From assembly GCA_031367385.1 (NCBI GenBank), contig JANLPS010000027.1:31650-95649 (forward strand): a stretch of DNA of 64,000 bases, read 5' to 3'. The position numbers were made by a program, and so were the translations under genes. Positions within the stretch are counted from its first letter, which is position 1. Every line of letters begins with the position of its first letter. Source of the stretch: Archangium sp. Lineage in GTDB: Bacteria; Myxococcota; Myxococcia; Myxococcales; Myxococcaceae. The notes below the pieces were generated by a model. The model did not search any database. It was not told the origin of the DNA and saw only the letters and a program-made list of their open reading frames with translations. Shown here one piece after another: positions 57,771-64,000 of the stretch.

Positions 57771-60650
57771 ATGCGAAGGACGCGAGCGCTGACGTTGATG
57801 GTGGCCCTGCTCGCGGTCGCCGCGTTCGCGCTGCGGCAGTCGCCCGGTCACCCTGAGCGGCCCCTCGTCTTCGGTGCGCCTGGTGAACCGCTCGAGCTTG
57901 GCCCTCGGCAGGCGACCCGTGACGGCGCCCCAGTCAGCATGACGGAGTCGGTCGAGCCCCGTGGCCCGGGCTTTGAGCTGTCGTGGCAGTTCGCCGCCGC
58001 TCCCCGGGGAGAAGGACCGCTGGTCGTGTCGTTCTCAACCTCGGTCGTCGGGCGCTCGGCGGGCGCGCCGGGCATTCAACTGGGCGATGCGCTGCTGGGG
58101 CCGTCGACCTGGGTCGATGCGATGGGGCAGCAGTTCTCGTTGGTCACCCGGGCGCGCGGCGCGGCGCTCGAAATCGAAGTGCCGGCCGAGGTGCTCGCGC
58201 AGTCGACCTGGCCGGCGGTGCTCGACCCGCTGCTGTTGCCTGGCTACTTCATCGATGCGCCGGTGACCGGCGCGGTGGCCCGAACGCCGACCTCGTACGC
58301 CGCGGCGGCGGGGCATCTGGTGCTGCTCCTTCAGGGCGCGCCACTGGAGTGTCGGTACTCGGACCTCGACGGCGGGTTGCTCGGCTCGACCTTTCTGGTG
58401 AACGACGCCGGAGGGTTTCTCGCGGGCCTGGCGGCGAGCGATGGCCAGCACCTGGTGTCGTACTTCCAGGGCCAGGTCAGGGGCGTGCGGCGACTGAGCG
58501 ATGACTGCCAGTGGCTGGGGCCTCCGACGGTGATGGGCAATGGCTCGGGCAGTATTGTGGCCGCAGGGGTCGATGCCGGGTGGTGGGTGTCGACCAGCGT
58601 GATCGGGGTCGATGGCGGCGCCCACATCGCGCTCTTTTTCGAAGACCTCGACGGCGGGCTGTCACCGACCACGTACTTCGAGCGCCCCGATGTGAACATC
58701 GCCCTCGCGGCGGTGCGCGATTCGGTGTGGCTGGCGAGCGCGCCTGCGGCTCCCAACGGCGCCACGGTCAGCGTCGATTGTTACCAGGGCGTGAGCCACA
58801 CCCAGACCAGCTTCACCCGCGACCAGAACTACAACGGGGTCTGGGCCGCGGCCAGCGATCTGGGCGTTGCGGCCATCGCGGTCGCCGACACTCCAAGCGT
58901 GGCGATTCGGCCGGTCTCCTCGAGCTGCTCACAGGTGGGGGCTGCGGCGACCGAGCCGTACCTCATCAACCTCGACCGAGCCGGAGACGGCTTTCTCATC
59001 GGCTCGCTGATCTCCGGGTCGACGTACCTCAAGACCTTCAGCATCAGTGGCGCGGTGGGTGCTCCCCTGCCGGTCTCGCCGATCTACGATGGCCTCTTTC
59101 ATGTCATCTGGAGCGCGCGGCCGTGGCTGTTCGTCAATGGCAATGGTGGTCGCTCGTATCGGCGCACACTCGATTCGAGCGCGACGATGCTTGGCCCGCT
59201 CGAGGCCCTGACGGTCGGGCTGAATGAGGAGCGGCTGGTCGTGGCGGCGGCCGCCAGCGGTCTGGGCTGGGTGGTCTGGCAAGACGACCGTTACACGCCG
59301 ACCACCTCCTCAGTGGAGTACCTGCGACCCTTCGACGTGAACGGGCCGCGTGGCAGTGCAGTGCCGATCACCGCCAACCCGGTTGGCACCCAGCGCTGCA
59401 TCGCGGTGTTGGGCTCGCAGGCGGTCATTCAGTTTGGCTACGACCAGCGGGTGGTGGCCACGCTCGACGCTGACGGGGGCGTTTCGGTCTCGGGTGTGAT
59501 CAACACGCCGAACCTGAACAACTACTGCAGAGCCGCCTCGGGCACCGAGACCGTCTGGCTGGTGACCACCGACTACGACTTCGGCCTGGGCCGGTACGTT
59601 CAATGGCTCAACCGAATTCACGCCGACGGCAGCGCCGAGCCGGCGCTGGAGCTGTCGGGCCCGTACGCATTCATCGGGTTCGACGGGTTGCTGTGGGTGA
59701 CCGCAACCGCCGATGGCCGCCGCGGGTGGGTTGGCGCGCGTGCCTTTTTCGCACCTGATCTCGACGCTGGGCGGCTCTTCGAGCTCGGCGATCGTGACCC
59801 GGCGCCAGTGACCACCGTCTTGTCAGTTTTCACCAACGGGCTGGTTCGAACGCCGAGCGCGCTGTGTCAGACCAGCATGGAGGGCACGGGGCTGCGGTTG
59901 CGATGCGTGCTCGATGATGGCGGTGTTCAGCGCGACTCGCTGCTGCCGCAGGGCGGCTACCCGACGCTGCTCGCCGATGACGAGGTGATCCACGCGCGCG
60001 TTTCGCTCAGTGATGGCGGCGTCTATTGGGCGGTCTCCAGCCCCGATGGAGGGCTCCGCGTTCGCCAGCAAGACCCCCTCATCGGCCCCTATTCTTTTCT
60101 CACTCGACTCGACACAGAGCGCTTCGCCGTGGTGAGCGCCGCGCAGATCGACGGTGGTGACCGCGCGATTTCTCGGGTCATCGTCTCGCCGTTGCTGATT
60201 CTCGAAGATGGCCGGGCCTGCCCATCAGACGACGCGTGCATCTCGGGCTCGTGCGTGGGGGGCCTCTGCTGCCCGGTGGCGTGCCCCAACGGCACCTGCG
60301 CCGCGGGGCTCTGCATTCCCTTCGACGCGGGAGTGGACGCGGGGGGTGCTCCCACGGACGCGGGTACTGACGACGCAGGCGAGCTCACCGACGGCGGAGT
60401 GCCCTCTGACGCTGGCACCTTCGACGACGCAGGCAGCGATGCCGGTGTGTCGGGTGAGGGGTTCGACTCCGGTGCGGTGAATGACGCGGGCACGGCGAAT
60501 GACGCGGGCGCGGTCCTCGACGGCGATGCGGGTCGTGGAGGGGTCACCGCGTACAAGGTGGGGTGTGGTTGCGGCTCGGTCGACACCGGCGGCTCGCTCA
60601 TCGCGTTGCTGCTCGCGGCCCTCGCCATTCGCAGACGCGCGCAGGCTTGA
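57771..60650 (+). CDS. MYXO-CTERM surface protein with beta-rich body, Cys-rich module and DAG-repeat stalk
   Basis: C-terminal VGCGCGS + hydrophobic helix + RRR; WPAVLDP motif ending the N-terminal domain; more than 20 D-[AGS]-G motifs. Confidence 0.88.
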   Translation: MRRTRALTLMVALLAVAAFALRQSPGHPERPLVFGAPGEPLELGPRQATRDGAPVSMTESVEPRGPGFELSWQFAAAPRGEGPLVVSFSTSVVGRSAGAPGIQLGDALLGPSTWVDAMGQQFSLVTRARGAALEIEVPAEVLAQSTWPAVLDPLLLPGYFIDAPVTGAVARTPTSYAAAAGHLVLLLQGAPLECRYSDLDGGLLGSTFLVNDAGGFLAGLAASDGQHLVSYFQGQVRGVRRLSDDCQWLGPPTVMGNGSGSIVAAGVDAGWWVSTSVIGVDGGAHIALFFEDLDGGLSPTTYFERPDVNIALAAVRDSVWLASAPAAPNGATVSVDCYQGVSHTQTSFTRDQNYNGVWAAASDLGVAAIAVADTPSVAIRPVSSSCSQVGAAATEPYLINLDRAGDGFLIGSLISGSTYLKTFSISGAVGAPLPVSPIYDGLFHVIWSARPWLFVNGNGGRSYRRTLDSSATMLGPLEALTVGLNEERLVVAAAASGLGWVVWQDDRYTPTTSSVEYLRPFDVNGPRGSAVPITANPVGTQRCIAVLGSQAVIQFGYDQRVVATLDADGGVSVSGVINTPNLNNYCRAASGTETVWLVTTDYDFGLGRYVQWLNRIHADGSAEPALELSGPYAFIGFDGLLWVTATADGRRGWVGARAFFAPDLDAGRLFELGDRDPAPVTTVLSVFTNGLVRTPSALCQTSMEGTGLRLRCVLDDGGVQRDSLLPQGGYPTLLADDEVIHARVSLSDGGVYWAVSSPDGGLRVRQQDPLIGPYSFLTRLDTERFAVVSAAQIDGGDRAISRVIVSPLLILEDGRACPSDDACISGSCVGGLCCPVACPNGTCAAGLCIPFDAGVDAGGAPTDAGTDDAGELTDGGVPSDAGTFDDAGSDAGVSGEGFDSGAVNDAGTANDAGAVLDGDAGRGGVTAYKVGCGCGSVDTGGSLIALLLAALAIRRRAQA

Positions 60651-60798
60651 GTTTTCCAGACCGAAGGCTTCTGAGCCCCGTGGGCCGAATGCGCCGTGAG
60701 ATTGCCGGGTGCGGTGTGCGTCGTTGCGCCGCAGTCCACACGCGCCGCGGCAATGAAAGTCGTGGGTTCGCGGTGCGGCGGCCATCGTGGCGTCCTGG

Positions 60799-60919
60799 CG
60801 CCATGGCTCAACGCGCCGTGGCTCAACGACGTTTCTCGGCGCCGCACGGTTCTCAGCGCCGTACGGTTCTCAGCGCCGCACGTTTCTCAGCGCCGCACGT
60901 TTCTCAGCGCCCCACGTTT
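60799..60919. repeat. Tandem repeats: 15 bp x2 followed by 17 bp x5.3
   Basis: CGCCRTGGCTCAACG twice (60799-60828), then consensus ACGKTTCTCAGCGCCGC five times (60829-60913) plus a partial unit abutting the kinase stop codon. Confidence 0.9.
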
Positions 60920-62514
60920 TACATCGCCACGGGCTTCACCGCGCCGGTGCCATCGAGCGCCTCGCGCACCTTCTGCAACAACACATCAGGCGTGAACGGC
61001 TTGGGCATGAACGGCACGCCGTCGTCGGCCAGCTGCTGTGCGGTGAGCGCTCCACCCGGGTACCCCGACATGTACAGCACCCGCAGCGTCGGTTTGAGCG
61101 CCCGCAACCGGGTGACCAGCTCGCGGCCGTTCATCTCGGGCAGCACCACGTCGGTAATCACCACATCGAAGCCCTCGTTCTCGGCGGCCTTGAGCGCCAA
61201 GCTCGGCTTACTCGCGTCGGCGACCCGATACCCTGCTGAGCGCAGCACGCGGCAGGTCATCGCGCGGAGCCCAGGCTCGTCTTCGACCACCAACACCCGC
61301 TCGGTGCCGGTGGTGGGCCGGAGCGCCATGCTCGGCGCCTCTGTGGCCTTCGAGCTCTGGGTGGCTTTGGGCAAATACACCCGAAAAGTCGTGCCCTTGC
61401 CCAGCTCGCTGTCGATTGAGATCGCGCCTCCCAGCTGCCGCACGATGCCGTGCACCGTCGCCAGACCCAGGCCGGTGCCCTTGCCCGCTTCTTTGGTCGT
61501 GAAAAACGGCTCGAAGATGCGCGCCTGGGTCTCGGCGCTCATGCCGATGCCGGTGTCAGCCACCGCCAACATCACGTAGTCGCCCGGCTTGGCCCCGATG
61601 CGCGCCGAGTCGAGCGTGCTGACCTCGAAGTTCAAGGTGGTGACCGAAATCTTGCCACCAGAGGGCATCGCGTCTCGGGCGTTGACCACCAGGTTGACGA
61701 TGACTTGTTCGAGGCCTCCGGCGTCTCCGTTGATGGGCCAAATGCCGTGGCCGGGCTGCACCGAGAACTCGATGCTCTCGGGCAACAACCGCCGCAACAT
61801 CTTCACGATGTTGGTCAGGGTCGCGTTGAGCTCGACCTGCTTCATCTCGAACACCTGCCGCCGCCCGAAGGTCAACAGCTGCCGGGTCAGCTCAGCCGCG
61901 CGGCGCCCGCACTCGATGATTTGATTCAGGTCTTCGCGCTTCGGGTCGTCTGGGGCCAGATCGTTGATCAGCAGCGTGCCGTAGCTGAGAATCACGGTCA
62001 GCAGGTTGTTGAAGTCGTGCGCCACACCGCCCGCAAGCTGGCCGATCGCGTCGAGCTTCTGTGCCTGGCGAAGCTGCACCTCGAGGGAGCGGCGCTCTCG
62101 TCGGTTGGCCGCCTCTTGAATCTCACGCTCGACCGCAGGCACCAGCCGGGTCAGGTTCGATTTCATCACGTAGTCGTGCGCGCCGGCCTTCATCGCCGCC
62201 ACGGCAGAGTCTTCACCGACCGTGCCCGAGACGATGATGAACGGCGCGTCTGACTTCGAGGCCTGCGCGATGCGGAGCGCGCTGAAGGCGTCGAACGAGG
62301 GCAGGTGAAAGTCTGACAGCACCACGTCCCAGGGGTGCTCGTTGATGGCTGCTTGAAACGAGGCCGCGGTCTCGACCCGGCGAAGCTCGATGTTCCAGCC
62401 CGACTTGCGAATCGTTCGCTCGACCAATGCCGCGTCGTCATCGTTGTCTTCGACCAGCAAGACACGAAGCACCTTGGTGGGCTCGAGCCCGGCCCGCGGC
62501 AGCTCTGATTGCAT
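60919..62514 (-). CDS. Hybrid histidine kinase (REC-HisKA-HATPase-REC)
   Basis: [42 protein letters not shown]-terminal receiver. Confidence 0.93.
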   Translation of the reverse strand: MQSELPRAGLEPTKVLRVLLVEDNDDDAALVERTIRKSGWNIELRRVETAASFQAAINEHPWDVVLSDFHLPSFDAFSALRIAQASKSDAPFIIVSGTVGEDSAVAAMKAGAHDYVMKSNLTRLVPAVEREIQEAANRRERRSLEVQLRQAQKLDAIGQLAGGVAHDFNNLLTVILSYGTLLINDLAPDDPKREDLNQIIECGRRAAELTRQLLTFGRRQVFEMKQVELNATLTNIVKMLRRLLPESIEFSVQPGHGIWPINGDAGGLEQVIVNLVVNARDAMPSGGKISVTTLNFEVSTLDSARIGAKPGDYVMLAVADTGIGMSAETQARIFEPFFTTKEAGKGTGLGLATVHGIVRQLGGAISIDSELGKGTTFRVYLPKATQSSKATEAPSMALRPTTGTERVLVVEDEPGLRAMTCRVLRSAGYRVADASKPSLALKAAENEGFDVVITDVVLPEMNGRELVTRLRALKPTLRVLYMSGYPGGALTAQQLADDGVPFMPKPFTPDVLLQKVREALDGTGAVKPVAM

Positions 62515-62657
62515 TTTCGGCGCGACCCCCGGGCAGTGTGCTTGCAGCCGGAGGAATATGGCCGCCGGTCCGTGAGAGATCAAGTTGACGCTCCCGCTCG
62601 ATCTGCAAAAAAAGCCCGGCTCGAAAATGACCCGGTCACAGGCTATTCACCTTCGCC

Positions 62658-63434
62658 ATGACCGCTCGCGTCGCGTTGATTACCGGTGCCTCCATCGGCC
62701 TTGGAGAACAGTTCGCCCTTCGCTTCGCACGTGATGGCTACGACGTGGTGTTGGTCGCCCGCAACGCCGCCCGGCTCGAGGCGGTCGCCGAGCGGGTGCG
62801 GCTGCACAAAGTGAAGCCCACCGTGATGCCCTTCGACCTGAGCGACCCCGCCGCGCCCCGCGCGCTCTTCGAGGCGGTCAAAGCCAAGGGCCTCGAAATC
62901 GAGTGCCTGGTGAACAACGCGGGCTTCGGCAGCAACGGGGCGTTTCTCGACCTGAACCCTGAAAAAGAAGCCGAGATGGTTGACCTCAACTGCACCGCGT
63001 TGCTGCGCCTGTGCCACCTCTTCGGGGCGCCGATGCGTGAGCGCAAGAGCGGGCACATTCTGAACATCGCCTCGACGGCCGGGTTTCAGCCGGGCCCCTA
63101 CATGGCCACGTATTACGCGACCAAGGCCTTCGTCATCTCGTTCTCCGAGGCGCTGGCGTACGAGCTCAAAGACAGCGGCGTGAAGGTCACCTGCTCATGC
63201 CCCGGAGCGACCGACACCGAGTTCGCCCGCCGCGCCGGCAATGACAAGAGCGCGCTCTTCACCCGCATGGGCGTGGCCAAGCCCGAGGCGGTGGTCGACG
63301 ACGCCTTCGAGGCGATGATGGGCGGCGAGGTGCTCAAGGTGCATGGCTTCATGAACTGGGTCGGCTCGCAGGCCATTCGCTTCGGGCCTCGCGCCGTGGT
63401 GCGTGCGATGGCCGCCAGCCTCAATAAACCGTAG
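62658..63434 (+). CDS. SDR-family oxidoreductase (DltE-like)
   Basis: TGASIGLG, NNAGFG, YYATK, CPGATDTEF. Confidence 0.92.
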   Translation: MTARVALITGASIGLGEQFALRFARDGYDVVLVARNAARLEAVAERVRLHKVKPTVMPFDLSDPAAPRALFEAVKAKGLEIECLVNNAGFGSNGAFLDLNPEKEAEMVDLNCTALLRLCHLFGAPMRERKSGHILNIASTAGFQPGPYMATYYATKAFVISFSEALAYELKDSGVKVTCSCPGATDTEFARRAGNDKSALFTRMGVAKPEAVVDDAFEAMMGGEVLKVHGFMNWVGSQAIRFGPRAVVRAMAASLNKP

Positions 63435-63527
63435 GTGTTCACCCCTGTTCTCAGTGGGCAGATGTGCGCTCCCCGCTGATCCATTCGCGTGAGCTTCGGG
63501 CCCCCGTCAGAGCGTCATCTGAGGCAG

Positions 63528-64000
63528 ATGAATCGCGCTCTGTGGCTCCTGACCGTGTCGCTGCTCACCGCCTGCGAAGGAAGCATCGATATTCGGGGCA
63601 CCCTGACCGATGTCACCCCCGGCATCGACGCTCCGCAGCTGGCGCTCCGCTGCAAGGCGCCGGGGCAGGGCACCTCGGCGAAGATGCGATTGCTGTGGAA
63701 ATCTGCGTATTTGGCTGAGCTCGGCGCTCGCCTCGGCCCGGGTGCGGCGACGGTCGCAGAGACGGTTGGGCTCTCACCCGCCACGGACCGAAACTTCACC
63801 TTCGAGACGGCTGGCTCGCTTCAGACCAGCGTGACCCTCGAGTCACTGGCCGATACCGCCGACGCGGTGGCCGCCTGGTCGCTGTCGACCGATGCGATTG
63901 CCCAGTCGGTGTACGGCTGCGCGGCTCGCACCGTCACGGGCGCCCAAGCCGAGGCCTGCTTCACGACCTTCTTGAGCACCACGGGCGCCCGGCTGTTGCG
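63528..64000 (+). CDS. Lipoprotein, probably DUF1587/DUF1595/DUF1592 family (3' partial)
   Basis: Not in the ORF track. MNRALWLLTVSLLTACEG...MRLL...AY...C...EACFTTFLSTTGARLL, open to the window end. Confidence 0.65.
   Translation, partial: MNRALWLLTVSLLTACEGSIDIRGTLTDVTPGIDAPQLALRCKAPGQGTSAKMRLLWKSAYLAELGARLGPGAATVAETVGLSPATDRNFTFETAGSLQTSVTLESLADTADAVAAWSLSTDAIAQSVYGCAARTVTGAQAEACFTTFLSTTGARLL

Noticed and set aside
60700..60755. Imperfect hairpin after the MYXO-CTERM gene as a possible ncRNA
   Set aside because: Pairing is imperfect and plausible by chance at this GC content; no recognisable family.
60829..60919. Possible CRISPR array
   Set aside because: Units are 17 bp, directly adjacent with no unique spacers, and there are no cas genes in the window.

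Overview
GC-rich chromosomal window, most likely from a myxobacterium (Myxococcota), based on a MYXO-CTERM protein, PEGA-domain Ser/Thr kinases, a Myxococcales-type ECF sigma factor and many lipoproteins. About 55 intact CDSs. I recognised no rRNA, tRNA or CRISPR array. Ordinary content: ohrR-ohr, osmC, maf, rimK, thpR, proA, a Zn/Mn ABC transporter, hybrid histidine kinases and SDRs. The most interesting structure read from the DNA is: (1) a His-rich membrane-targeted leader ORF whose last codons overlap an attenuator-like hairpin plus U8 tract directly upstream of a TonB-dependent receptor; (2) a DUF4331 / TPR-HupE/UreJ / Tat-ferritin-like gene neighbourhood in which three operons share one ECF-type promoter motif; (3) two orphan genes 39 kb apart preceded by the same motif ACACGCAACT-N14-TCGAYAACT, one paired with a trigger-factor paralogue lacking the ribosome-binding domain; (4) two decayed ISCR/IS91-type loci, each associated with long duplications of neighbouring chromosomal DNA, one carrying brnTA; (5) a REP-like inverted-repeat insert that keeps translational coupling between a kinase and a sigma factor; (6) a pervasive D-[AGS]-G motif in exported proteins and many apparently leaderless genes. 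All family assignments are by eye from motif recognition; no database search was run.
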